The notes below the pieces were generated by a model. It did no database searches, had not been told where the DNA came from, and was given only the letters and a program-made list of their open reading frames with translations. A stretch of 51,776 nt of DNA from Elusimicrobiota bacterium (GTDB lineage Bacteria; Elusimicrobiota; Elusimicrobia; Elusimicrobiales; UBA9959): contig DAIENX010000100.1 in the NCBI GenBank assembly GCA_027340875.1, positions 1 to 51,776 on the forward strand, in the 5' to 3' direction. Below are positions 18,015 through 27,148 of the stretch, piece after piece; within the stretch, counting starts at the first letter, position 1; the number at the start of each line of letters is the position of its first letter. Both the position numbers and the translations under genes were made by a program.

Positions 18015-18758
18015 TCAATCCCCTGAAAATTCGGTGAGATTGCGCCGGTATTTGAGCGGGACGTTGCGCCGCTGCAGGGCGGGGTTGGCCCTTTCCTTTA
18101 TGGCCGCCGTCCTGAAGAAATGCTTCCAGAGGTCGCGCACCTCGGCTTCCCTGGCGTCCTCCTTCAGCCGCGCCCGGTCCAGCGGGGCGTAGACCAGCCT
18201 GCCGCGGAAATAGAGGGCTGCGCTGTTGCGGCGCGCGTCGTGTATGACCCAGTTGAAACTTCCCAGCCGCGCGCGGAAATGCCACGTTATCAGCGGCAGT
18301 ATGTCGTGGTCCGGCTCTATGCGGGAATATAATGAGCCGTCGGCCAGCTCCGTGAAGCGGACGAAGCCTCTGAACATCTGCGCCTCGCCGCCGACCGAGG
18401 CGGAAAGGCCGTGCACTTTTCTGACCCTGTCGTCGGCCAGCATATTGTCCGCCGCCGCGCCCTTCTCCAGCAGCAGGCGCGCGTAGGCGAGCACCGCGTT
18501 CTCCGCGCCTGGCGCCTCGGAGAGGAAGGCGTACCTGGCGTGATGCCAGCTCTCTGCGGAGCCACGCCGCTCGAGAAGCATTCTCATGGCCGCCGCCTTA
18601 ACGGGGTCCGCGCCAGCGTTCACGTACTCCGAGAAGAGGTCCGGCTCTGCGGCCGCGCTCTCTCGGGCAATGGCGCAGTCCTCACCGCCGCGTTCAAGGG
18701 CGAGGTCCAGCGCGGTCAGAAAACCGGCGAAGCTGCCGGCGTAAAGATATGTCCTCAT
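18015..18758 (-). CDS. TIGR03915/DUF4130-family putative DNA repair protein
   Basis: Y.GSFAGFLTA, GFVRF, IEPDHDILPL...HF..R, LWKHFF....IKERANP; adjacent to a TIGR03916 radical SAM gene. Confidence 0.88.
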   Translation of the reverse strand: MRTYLYAGSFAGFLTALDLALERGGEDCAIARESAAAEPDLFSEYVNAGADPVKAAAMRMLLERRGSAESWHHARYAFLSEAPGAENAVLAYARLLLEKGAAADNMLADDRVRKVHGLSASVGGEAQMFRGFVRFTELADGSLYSRIEPDHDILPLITWHFRARLGSFNWVIHDARRNSAALYFRGRLVYAPLDRARLKEDAREAEVRDLWKHFFRTAAIKERANPALQRRNVPLKYRRNLTEFSGD

Positions 18759-18783
18759 ATCAGGCCGGCGCGGGCAAGGCCGA

Positions 18784-20061
18784 TCAAAGCTGTCCCGTCA
18801 TCGTGGCCGCCAGGCCCTCCTTCACCAGCTCGCCCTGGCCGAACAGGTCCAGCTGGCCGTTGGGGTTCTTGTGCTCCAGCAGCTTAACTTTTATGGCCGC
18901 CTCGCTCTCTTTTTTTATGCCGCCGTATTTTCCGCCGGCCGTGACGAAATAGATCGCACGCTTCATTACCACTCCAAGCTTCTTCAGGTCGTCCAGCTCC
19001 AGCGCGCCGGCGCGGCGCGCGCGCAGTATGCGCCCGGCCGAGGTGACGCCTATGCCCGGCACCCGGAGCAGCTCCTCATAGTCCGCCGCGTTCACCTCCA
19101 GCGGGAACTTGTCCAGGTTGTTCAGCGCCCAGACCGTCTTGGGGTCGAAGGCGAGGTCCAGCTCGGGGTGGCGCTCGTCCAGCAGTTCGTCGGCCGTGAA
19201 GCCGTAGAAGCGCAGCAGCCAGTCTGCCTGGTAAAGGCGGTGCTCGCGCAGCAGCGGCGGATCGGCCAGGGCGGGCAGGCGGCTGTCCTTCATCACCGGC
19301 ACGAAGGCCGAATAATAGACGCGCTTGAGCCGCATCTTGTCGTAAAGGGCCTCGCTGAGCTTGATTATCTCGCGGTCGGTCTCGGGCGTGGCGCCTATGA
19401 TGAGCTGCGTGCTCTGGCCGGCCGGAGCGTAGGCGGGGGAGCTCTTTATCGCGCGGCGCTCTTCCTTGTGCGCGGCTATCCTGCGGGCCAGGCGGTCCAT
19501 GGGCCTGAGCACGGTCTCCTTGGTCTTGCCGGGGGCGAGCAGCCGCAGGCTCTTGTCCGTGGGCAGCTCTATGTTGACGCTGACGCGGTCCGCCCAGAGA
19601 CCGGCCTGGTCTATCAGCGCCTGGTCCGCGCCGGGGATGACCTTCATGTGGACGTAGCCGTTGAAGCGGAACTCCTTCCTTAGCTTGCGCACCGCCTCCA
19701 GCATCAGCTCCATGGTGCGGTCGGGCGAGCCGGTTATACCGGAGCTCAGAAAGAGGCCTTCGATGTAATTGCGTTTGTAGAACTCGAAGGTCAGTCCGGC
19801 TATCTCGTCCGGGGTGAGGCGGGCGCGGGGTACGTCGTTGGAGCGGCGGTTGACGCAGTAGGCGCAGTCGTAGACGCACTCGTTGGTCATCAGGACCTTG
19901 AGCAGCGAAACGCAGCGGCCGTCCGCAGTCCAGCTGTGGCAGACCCCGCTGATATGCGCGGCACCCGTGCCGCGGCCGCCGCGGTTAGAGCCGCTGGAGG
20001 CGCAGGAGGCGTCGTACTTGGCCGAATCGGCCAGTATTTCCAGCTTTCGCTGCAGGTCCAT
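18784..20061 (-). CDS. Putative DNA modification/repair radical SAM protein (TIGR03916)
   Basis: KLEILADSAKYDASC, CVYDCAYC, NYIEGLFLSSG, REHRLYQADWLLRFYGF, HhH motif LLRVPGIG. Confidence 0.94.
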   Translation of the reverse strand: MDLQRKLEILADSAKYDASCASSGSNRGGRGTGAAHISGVCHSWTADGRCVSLLKVLMTNECVYDCAYCVNRRSNDVPRARLTPDEIAGLTFEFYKRNYIEGLFLSSGITGSPDRTMELMLEAVRKLRKEFRFNGYVHMKVIPGADQALIDQAGLWADRVSVNIELPTDKSLRLLAPGKTKETVLRPMDRLARRIAAHKEERRAIKSSPAYAPAGQSTQLIIGATPETDREIIKLSEALYDKMRLKRVYYSAFVPVMKDSRLPALADPPLLREHRLYQADWLLRFYGFTADELLDERHPELDLAFDPKTVWALNNLDKFPLEVNAADYEELLRVPGIGVTSAGRILRARRAGALELDDLKKLGVVMKRAIYFVTAGGKYGGIKKESEAAIKVKLLEHKNPNGQLDLFGQGELVKEGLAATMTGQL

Positions 20062-20270
20062 GGCAAATAGCATAGCACACCAACCCGACAAGGGCATGTC
20101 GACTTGTCCCGGGCATTTTGGATAGTCAGGTTCAACCCGACTGCGCTATGCGCGTGCGGTATCAAGCGCTATACGCATTAGACGGCCAAGGGCATGTCGG
20201 GGTGTGAATATTGCGATAGGGGGCTGCCGGGCTAATTTCTATAATATATAAGGCCAGCGCCATATACAGC

Positions 20271-21146
20271 ATGGAAACAGCCTATATATACGCCCTCGCG
20301 GCAAACCTGAGCTTCGCCATCGGGGTGCAGTTCTTCACGCATTACGCGCGCCGCATCTCCAGCCTCTGGGTGAACTGCTTCAAGGCGGCGGTGGCGGCGT
20401 TCCTGTTCCTGGGCACGATATTGATAGAAGGCGGCTTCCACGCCATAGACCCGGGCATGGCCTCCCTGTTCCTGCTTTCCGGGATGATAGGGCTGGGCCT
20501 CGGGGACATCTATATCCTGAAGGCCTTCTCCATGATGGGTCCCGGGCGTACTATGATGGTGTTCGGCTTCCAGCCGCTGCTGATAGGGGTGGTCAGCTAT
20601 TTCGCGTTCGGGCAGGCGATAGACCCGGACAAGCTCTTCGCCATCTTTTTCTTCGTGGTCTGCCTGTACATCTTCTCGCTGGAGTCGTTCAAAAAGCACG
20701 GCCACTGGAACATGAAGGCCACGCTGTTCGCGATGGGCGGCATGGCGCTGGACGGCTGCGGGGTGCTGCTGACCAGATACGCTTTCAACAACAGCCCCGG
20801 GATAGGCACCACGGAAGGGAACTTCTACCGCGCGGCGGGGGCCCTGCTGCTGTTCGCGGCCATGTCGTCCGTGAAGCCGTTCCATTTCGTGGAGAAGCTG
20901 AAGGGGCTGGGCCGCGACGGCCTGCTCTGGATAACCCTGGGTTCGGTGGCCGGCACGTACCTTTCCCTGATGTTCTACCTTTCGGCTGTCCGCTACTCGG
21001 CCGCGCTGGCCGCCGTCACCGGCATAGCGATAACCGGCACGCTCTTCTCCTCCGCGTTCGAGTGCGTAGTGGAGCGGAAGCTGCCGTCCCGCTATCTCGT
21101 GGTGGCTTTCGCTTTCTTCCTGGGCGGCATGGCCTTCCTGCTGTGA
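20271..21146 (+). CDS. DMT/EamA-family transporter
   Basis: About 10 hydrophobic helices in two repeats; SGMIGLGLGD motif. Confidence 0.85.
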   Translation: METAYIYALAANLSFAIGVQFFTHYARRISSLWVNCFKAAVAAFLFLGTILIEGGFHAIDPGMASLFLLSGMIGLGLGDIYILKAFSMMGPGRTMMVFGFQPLLIGVVSYFAFGQAIDPDKLFAIFFFVVCLYIFSLESFKKHGHWNMKATLFAMGGMALDGCGVLLTRYAFNNSPGIGTTEGNFYRAAGALLLFAAMSSVKPFHFVEKLKGLGRDGLLWITLGSVAGTYLSLMFYLSAVRYSAALAAVTGIAITGTLFSSAFECVVERKLPSRYLVVAFAFFLGGMAFLL

Positions 21147-21260
21147 TGCCAGGGCCGGCCGGCGTCCGGAGAGTCGGAGGAATTGGCTGTGATAACCGCC
21201 GGTATCTTTACTAGAATCTAGTATCCGTCCGGCTGGCCCGCGGCGGGCCGCATCGCGCGT

Positions 21261-22685
21261 ATGGCAAAGACCTGCAAAGTGAACCTCGTGCACGTCTCCG
21301 ACCCGGAGATCTACGGCAATCCCCTTTCGCTGGGCTATCTCAAGGCCTACGCGGATTCCATCTTCGGCAAGAAGGTCGATATCCGCATAGTCGAAAGTCC
21401 CAAGCGCTGGACCGGCAGGCAGATAGAGAAGGTCTGCGCCGGCATACTGCAGGGCAAGCCGGACATAGTGGGCTTCTCCTGCTACCTGTGGAACGTGCTG
21501 GCCGTGATAGAGCTCTGCAAGGAGCTGAAGCGCAGGTCGCCGAAGACCCGCATAGTGCTGGGCGGCCCGGACGCCAGCACGAGGGGCGCCTCCATACTCG
21601 CCGACACCGGCGCGGACGCGCTGGTTATGGGCGAGGGGGAGCTCACGTTCGCCGAGCTGATCCTGAAGACCATCGTGAAGAAGCCCTGGGCCGGCACCGC
21701 CGGCACCATAACGCCCTCCAAGGGCGGGGCGGTCGAAGGCCCGCAGCGCCCGCCGATAGCCAATCTCGACATCATCCCCTCTCCCTACCTGACAGGCATC
21801 TTCGACGGCAAGCCCTACAAGTTCCTGGTCCATGAGACCTCCCGCGGATGCCCGTTCAACTGCAGCTTCTGCGTCTGGACCAGCAAGGGCAAGATCAGGC
21901 GCTTCTCGATGGAGCGCTCCGCGCGGGAGATAGACTGGATCATCCGGAACAGCGGCAAAGGCGGGAGCCGTCTCGCCGGGGATTCCACGATGCACGTCTT
22001 CCTGGCCGACCAGGACCTCACGATGGACGAGGCCAGGGCCGAGGAGATGCTCGGCCTTATCCGCAGGGGCGCCAACGGCAGGAACCTGGTCTGGATCATC
22101 GAGTGCGACCTGAAGTTCTGGACGCCGCGCATAGCCAAGGCCGGCAATTTCACCGGCGTCTCCTTCTGCTTCGGCATACAGTCCACCGACGGGAAGATCG
22201 TGCAGGCCACCGGCCGCACGCCGCTTACGCTTGAGCAGATGAAGCAGAAGCTTTACGTCGTCAAGGAACAGTCCCCCAAGGCCCATTTCCTGCTGCAGCT
22301 GATGCTCGGCCTGCCGGGCGACAGCCTCAAGGGCTTCATCGAGAGCATGCGGTGGTGCCTGGACGTCTGCGCCGATCTGCAGACCACCCCCGTGGTCACC
22401 GGCTCCCCGGAGCACCTGCGCCGCTTCTCGCCCGATTTCCAGCGCTACTTCACGTCCGGGGTGCAGATCTTCCCGGTTTCCGTCTTCCCCGGCACCCAGC
22501 TGGAAAAAGAGGCGGAGAAGCTGGGCGTGGAATGGGACAGGAAGCCGCCGTACTACGTGAAGGCCACCAGGGAATTCCCGGCGAAGGACATGGAGAACTG
22601 CCTGGCCCTCATCAAGGCGCTGGAGGACTTCACCGCCCGGCTCTACAGCCGGCCCGTGGTCCAGATGACGCTGGACAACGGCTGA
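21261..22685 (+). CDS. B12-binding-domain radical SAM protein
   Basis: PLSLGYL, PDIVGFSCYLWN, VLGGP, GEGE, ETSRGCPFNCSFC, LGLPGD. Confidence 0.92.
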   Translation: MAKTCKVNLVHVSDPEIYGNPLSLGYLKAYADSIFGKKVDIRIVESPKRWTGRQIEKVCAGILQGKPDIVGFSCYLWNVLAVIELCKELKRRSPKTRIVLGGPDASTRGASILADTGADALVMGEGELTFAELILKTIVKKPWAGTAGTITPSKGGAVEGPQRPPIANLDIIPSPYLTGIFDGKPYKFLVHETSRGCPFNCSFCVWTSKGKIRRFSMERSAREIDWIIRNSGKGGSRLAGDSTMHVFLADQDLTMDEARAEEMLGLIRRGANGRNLVWIIECDLKFWTPRIAKAGNFTGVSFCFGIQSTDGKIVQATGRTPLTLEQMKQKLYVVKEQSPKAHFLLQLMLGLPGDSLKGFIESMRWCLDVCADLQTTPVVTGSPEHLRRFSPDFQRYFTSGVQIFPVSVFPGTQLEKEAEKLGVEWDRKPPYYVKATREFPAKDMENCLALIKALEDFTARLYSRPVVQMTLDNG

Positions 22686-22714
22686 AACAGCGACGCTCCC
22701 CTTCCACTGAGCGC

Positions 22715-24043
22715 ATGGACCATCTCATCGCAGGTCTGCCGGAAAATATCAGGAACGCCGAGGCGCGCGGCGAGCTGAGGCTCGCGGGCGGCCTGATAGA
22801 CCGCGCGCTCCGCGGCTCCCTCCCGTCCGCCGCCGCGGCGCGGCTCAGGTTCGAGAAGGAGAGGCTGGAGCGCCTGCGCGCCGCGTGCCCGCACGACAGG
22901 AAGGCCGCGCTCCGGATACTGCGCGGCCGCCTGAGAGGATTCCGGAACAGCGAACTGGACGACTGGATAAGGGCCGGCTTCGTCTCGCCCAGGACCATCG
23001 AGGGCCGGGAGCGGTTCACGGATTCTTTCGCCTCCAACGTCGTCTTCTGTAAGCCAGCGTTAAGGCGCCGGCTGAAGGCGCCCGACAAGGCCGCGGAGGC
23101 CGGCCTGGAGAAGATGCTCGCGCGCGCGGAAGAGCTGGCGCGCGGGGCGAAGCCGGCCAGGTACAGGGTCAGGGCCAGGATAACCCTTACGCTGAAGAAG
23201 AAGCCGGGCGGCTCGGTGCGCTGCTGGCTGCCTTTTCCGCGCGTCGGCGACCAGGTCTCCTCGGCCAGGCTGGTGGCCGCCTCCCACGATGGATACAGGC
23301 TGGCGGCCCCCGGCGCCCCGCAGCGCACCATATTCTTCGAGGACCGCTCCCGGAAGTTCTACGCGGAGTTCGAATACGTTATCTCGGAGTGGGTGACGCG
23401 GCCGGGAAAAGGGGGGCGCGTGCCGCCCGGCGCCGCGAAGTACCTGCGGGAGGAGCCGCCGCATATAGTTCTTTCCCCGTACGTCCGCGGCCTAGCGGCG
23501 GAGATAACCGGGAAAGAGCGCGACCCGTACCTGAAGGCCCGCAGGATATACGACTGGCTCACCAGGAATTTCACCTACAACTTCACGCCGCCTTACTGCC
23601 TGTTCGAGAACATCTCCGGAGAGGCCCTGGCCTCCCTCCGCGGCGACTGCGGTTTCCAGGCGCTGGCCTTCATAGCGCTGTGCCGGGCGGCCGGCGTGCC
23701 GGCTAAGTGGCAGTCCGGCTGGATCGCGCGCCCGGACAGGGGGTCGCCGCACGACTGGGCGCTGTTCTACGCCGGCGGCTGGCGCCCGGCGGACCTGTCC
23801 TTCGGCAACAAGATGGCGGCCGCCGGCCGGGAGCGGCTGCGGCGCTTCTATTTCGGCTGTCTCGACGCGGGCAGGATGGTGGCGAACGCCGGGTTCGGCT
23901 CGCCGTTCCGGCCCCCCAAGAAGTTCTGGCGCAGCGACCCGGCCGACAACCAGCTCGGGGAGGCGGAAACGCGCTCCCGCAACCTGTACTACGGCGAATT
24001 CGCCACGAAGATAAAGGTAATTTCCTTCGAGAGGATGTCATGA
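22715..24043 (+). CDS. Transglutaminase-like (Cys-His-Asp) domain protein
   Basis: KARRIYDW, GDCG....FIALCRAAGVPA, HDWA.FY..GW.PAD. Confidence 0.88.
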   Translation: MDHLIAGLPENIRNAEARGELRLAGGLIDRALRGSLPSAAAARLRFEKERLERLRAACPHDRKAALRILRGRLRGFRNSELDDWIRAGFVSPRTIEGRERFTDSFASNVVFCKPALRRRLKAPDKAAEAGLEKMLARAEELARGAKPARYRVRARITLTLKKKPGGSVRCWLPFPRVGDQVSSARLVAASHDGYRLAAPGAPQRTIFFEDRSRKFYAEFEYVISEWVTRPGKGGRVPPGAAKYLREEPPHIVLSPYVRGLAAEITGKERDPYLKARRIYDWLTRNFTYNFTPPYCLFENISGEALASLRGDCGFQALAFIALCRAAGVPAKWQSGWIARPDRGSPHDWALFYAGGWRPADLSFGNKMAAAGRERLRRFYFGCLDAGRMVANAGFGSPFRPPKKFWRSDPADNQLGEAETRSRNLYYGEFATKIKVISFERMS

Positions 24044-25038
24044 GATACATAACCCTGTTCCTGCTGTTCTCCCCTTCGCTTCTGCTGGCCGGGCAGGACT
24101 CCGAGTTCAGGCCGGAGTCGCTGCTGCCTGACCATATCCCGGTGGCCAGGCCGGCCCTGGAGGAGCTGAGCTCGGCGCTGCGGGCCAGGAAAGAGCACCT
24201 CGGCCTTAACGGCCTGCCGGGCCCGGGAGGGAAGGTTTCCAGGGCGCTGCTGCTGCTGCCGGCGGACAGGTCCGGCGCCGGCGTGCTCAGCTTCGAGATA
24301 GAGGGCGGGGAGAAGGCCGGCGTCTGGCAGTGCGAGGCGCTCGGGCGGGGGGCCACGTCGCTCCAGCCGAAGGACCGCTGGCGCGCCGGCCTGATAGACG
24401 GCGCCACGATCTATTACGCCCCTAAGGACATGGCCGACGGGGCCACCATTCCCGGGGTCTACGACCTTCGCAACATATCACCGGCCGACTACGAAATCGC
24501 CGTGCTGGGCAAGCCCGATCCGCGCGTGCTGGCGCTGACCGCCTCCCCCGCGAAAAGGGGGAAGGGCAAGGTGTATTTCTCGGCCGTGCTGAGCGACTGG
24601 TACCCGGCCGGTTCCTCGGCGGAGCCGGTGGACCTTATCTGGGCGAAGGATTCCCAGAAGGGCTCTCAGGGGGGTAAGGTCCCGGTGTTCGAGTTGCCGC
24701 CCGGCCGCTCGTCCCCGGAGGCCGCCAGCCTCAGGGCGCGCCAGCTCGCCGCCGACCCCGGCTATTACAGCGGGCCCTACGGCCGCTACGGCTTCGCCGT
24801 GCATACCGACCGCTGGGAGGACCCGGCCAGGCTCTCGGACCCCTCTTACTCCGGCCGCCCGGAAAAGAGCGATTTCCGCTGGCGCGACACCAGCGGCTGC
24901 GTGAAGCTGCGGCCCGCCTGCCTGGAGCTGCTCAACGCCTTCATCTCCGACCAGCGCGCCAGGAAGCGCCGGCCGCAGCTGGAAGTATACGAGACGCCGC
25001 TGCTGGACGGCATACCCCGGGAAGCGCCGGCCCGCTGA
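24040..25038 (+). CDS. Secreted protein with L,D-transpeptidase-like catalytic motif
   Basis: Signal peptide; GFAVH...(long loop)...TSGCVKL resembles the YkuD H...SxGC motif. Confidence 0.6.
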   Translation: MRYITLFLLFSPSLLLAGQDSEFRPESLLPDHIPVARPALEELSSALRARKEHLGLNGLPGPGGKVSRALLLLPADRSGAGVLSFEIEGGEKAGVWQCEALGRGATSLQPKDRWRAGLIDGATIYYAPKDMADGATIPGVYDLRNISPADYEIAVLGKPDPRVLALTASPAKRGKGKVYFSAVLSDWYPAGSSAEPVDLIWAKDSQKGSQGGKVPVFELPPGRSSPEAASLRARQLAADPGYYSGPYGRYGFAVHTDRWEDPARLSDPSYSGRPEKSDFRWRDTSGCVKLRPACLELLNAFISDQRARKRRPQLEVYETPLLDGIPREAPAR

Positions 25039-25042
25039 GCGC

Positions 25043-25073
25043 AAAAAAAAGCCCCCGTTTCCGGGGGCTTTTT
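25043..25073. terminator. Bidirectional intrinsic terminator
   Basis: A8-GCCCCCG-TTTC-CGGGGGC-T5. Confidence 0.85.
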
Positions 25074-25090
25074 AATGGCCGGGGTGACGG

Positions 25091-26263
25091 TTATTTCCCG
25101 TCGTCGCCGCTGTCCAGGTGGCGCTTGAGCTGCTCGCCCAGAGAGCCGAGCGGCGCGGCACCCTCGGGCTCCTGGTACCTGCGCATCGTCTCCTGCTTCT
25201 CCTGCTGCTCGCGGGACACGTCGGCCGGCACCAGCGAGATGCGCTGGTTCTTCACGTCGACGGCCTCCACGCAGACCTCTATCTGCTGGCCGACCTGCAG
25301 CACGTCCTCCGGGTGGTTGACCCGCTTGTCGCCGCCGAGGCGGGAAACGTGTATCAGGCCGTCCACGCCCTCGCCGAGGGTCACGAACGCGCCGAACGGG
25401 GCCAGGCGGGACACCCTGCCGGTATGGAAGGAGCCGGCGGGCCAGTTCTGCGCCGCGCTGTCCCACGGGTTCGGGAGGGCGTCCTTGAGGCTCAGAGAGA
25501 TCCTGCGGTTCTCCCAGTCCAGGTTCTTTATGATGACCTCCACGGGCTGGCCGGCGGAGAGCACGTCGCTCACCTTGCCGGTGCGGCCCCAGGCCATCTC
25601 GGAGACCGGGAGGAGTCCCTCCACGCCGCCGATGTCCACGAAGGCGCCGAACTTCTGTATCGAGGTCACGATGCCGCGGACGCGGTCGCCCTCGCGCAGC
25701 GTCTCTTTAAGGACGGCTACTTTGGCCTGGCGCTCGGCCTCGACTATCTCGCGGCGGGACAGCACGATGTTGCGCCTGTCCAGCTCGATTATATGGAAAG
25801 CCAGCTCCACGCCGACGTAGGCCTCGCGGCTCTCGTCGCGGCGCATGCCCATCTGCGAGAAGGGGCAGAAGGCGCGCAGGCCGCCGGGCAGCGTGATCTC
25901 GAAGCCGCCCTTGATCTCCCTGGCCACCTTGCCGGCCAGCGGCAGGTGTTCCTTGAAAGCGTCGGCCAGCTGCGAGCGGGCGGCGGGGCCGGTGCCGATG
26001 CGGGTGGTGAAGCGCATCTCGCCCTCCTCGGAACGGTTGAACCAGGCGCGGACTATGTCGCCCTCGCGGGCTATCATGTTGCCGTCGGCGTCCTTCAGCT
26101 CGTCCGCCGGTATGTAACCCTCTCCCTTGCCCCCGACCTCTATCAGGACCCATTCCGGGGTTATCTTGACTATCGGCGCCTCGACCTTCTGGCCGGGCTC
26201 CATGCGGGACGGTTCTTTATAGGACTTCTCGAATAATTCAGCGAAATTTTCTTCGTTTTCCAT
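25091..26263 (-). CDS. Ribosomal protein S1-like protein, four S1 domains
   Basis: ENFAELFE N-terminus, FGAFVDIGGVEGLL, FGAFV.L..GVDGLIHVS; AGGAG SD. Confidence 0.9.
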   Translation of the reverse strand: MENEENFAELFEKSYKEPSRMEPGQKVEAPIVKITPEWVLIEVGGKGEGYIPADELKDADGNMIAREGDIVRAWFNRSEEGEMRFTTRIGTGPAARSQLADAFKEHLPLAGKVAREIKGGFEITLPGGLRAFCPFSQMGMRRDESREAYVGVELAFHIIELDRRNIVLSRREIVEAERQAKVAVLKETLREGDRVRGIVTSIQKFGAFVDIGGVEGLLPVSEMAWGRTGKVSDVLSAGQPVEVIIKNLDWENRRISLSLKDALPNPWDSAAQNWPAGSFHTGRVSRLAPFGAFVTLGEGVDGLIHVSRLGGDKRVNHPEDVLQVGQQIEVCVEAVDVKNQRISLVPADVSREQQEKQETMRRYQEPEGAAPLGSLGEQLKRHLDSGDDGK

Positions 26264-26435
26264 GGGGATCTCCTGAGGTGGGGTAAGCACGTGTAATACA
26301 ATTTTACAAAATTCGGAGGACTATTGACAGGCGGAGGGCGCGGCGGCCCGCGGCTCTCCCGTCGTGAGGAAGCCGGAATATCGCCTATTTTTGATATGAT
26401 TTAGCCGGGGCGGGAAGTAGCGAGGAGCTGCACTA

Positions 26436-27077
26436 ATGGACGGCAAGACAAAATCGCGCTTCATAATAGGGATAGCCGGCGGCTCCGGCTCAGGCAAGAC
26501 GACCCTGGCCGGCAAGCTGGTCAGCCAGTGCGGCAAGATAGGCATCTCCGGCCAGATCTTCTCGCTGGACAACTATTACAGGCCTCTGGACCACCTGAAC
26601 TTCGAGGAGAGGAAGGCCTACAACTTCGACCATCCGGACGCGATAGATTCCTCCCTGGCGGCCAAGCAGCTCGCCGAGCTCTGCGCCGGCAAGACCATAC
26701 AGCAGCCGATCTACGACTTCAAGCAGCATACCCGCGAAAAGGAATGCGCGGCCTGCAAGCCCACGCAGCTGATAGTGCTGGAGGGGCTCTATACGCTCTA
26801 TTTCCCCAAGCTCGCCAACCAGTGCGACTTCAAGATCTTCGTCTCCACCGGCATGGTGACCGCCGTGCTGCGCCGCGTGCAGCGCGACATCAGCGAGCGC
26901 GGCCGCGACATAGAGGGCATCAAGCACCAGGTGCTGGCCACCGTGCTGCCGATGTACGAGAACTACGTGAAGCCCACCCAGAAGAACGCGCACTTCTCCA
27001 TCAACTGGGAGGGGGAGGAGATCCCCGGCAAGGCCACCGAAGGCCTGGTGCGCATGATGCGGGACCATTTCCGCTGA
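26436..27077 (+). CDS. udk: Uridine kinase
   Basis: IGIAGGSGSGKTT, DNYY, NFDHPDA, YDF..H.R, RDISERGR. Confidence 0.94.
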   Translation: MDGKTKSRFIIGIAGGSGSGKTTLAGKLVSQCGKIGISGQIFSLDNYYRPLDHLNFEERKAYNFDHPDAIDSSLAAKQLAELCAGKTIQQPIYDFKQHTREKECAACKPTQLIVLEGLYTLYFPKLANQCDFKIFVSTGMVTAVLRRVQRDISERGRDIEGIKHQVLATVLPMYENYVKPTQKNAHFSINWEGEEIPGKATEGLVRMMRDHFR

Positions 27078-27098
27078 GGCGCGCGGGGCGGGCCAGGC

Positions 27099-27133
27099 AA
27101 AAAAAGACCCGGGGGAGTCCCCGGGTCTTTTTT
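27099..27133. terminator. Bidirectional intrinsic terminator
   Basis: A7-GACCCGGG/CCCGGGTC-T6. Confidence 0.85.
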
Positions 27134-27148
27134 GTCCGGCGTCCGCGG

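Noticed and set aside
18015..20061. Radical SAM plus DUF4130 pair as a new system
   Set aside because: This is an already described, widespread gene pair (TIGR03916/TIGR03915), although its biochemistry is poorly defined.
20232..22415. 727-aa minus-strand ORF, and similar long ORFs such as 29964-31982, 26528-28303 and 46798-48387
   Set aside because: These are shadow frames of well-supported genes, expected in high-GC DNA with biased codon usage; they show no recognisable motifs.
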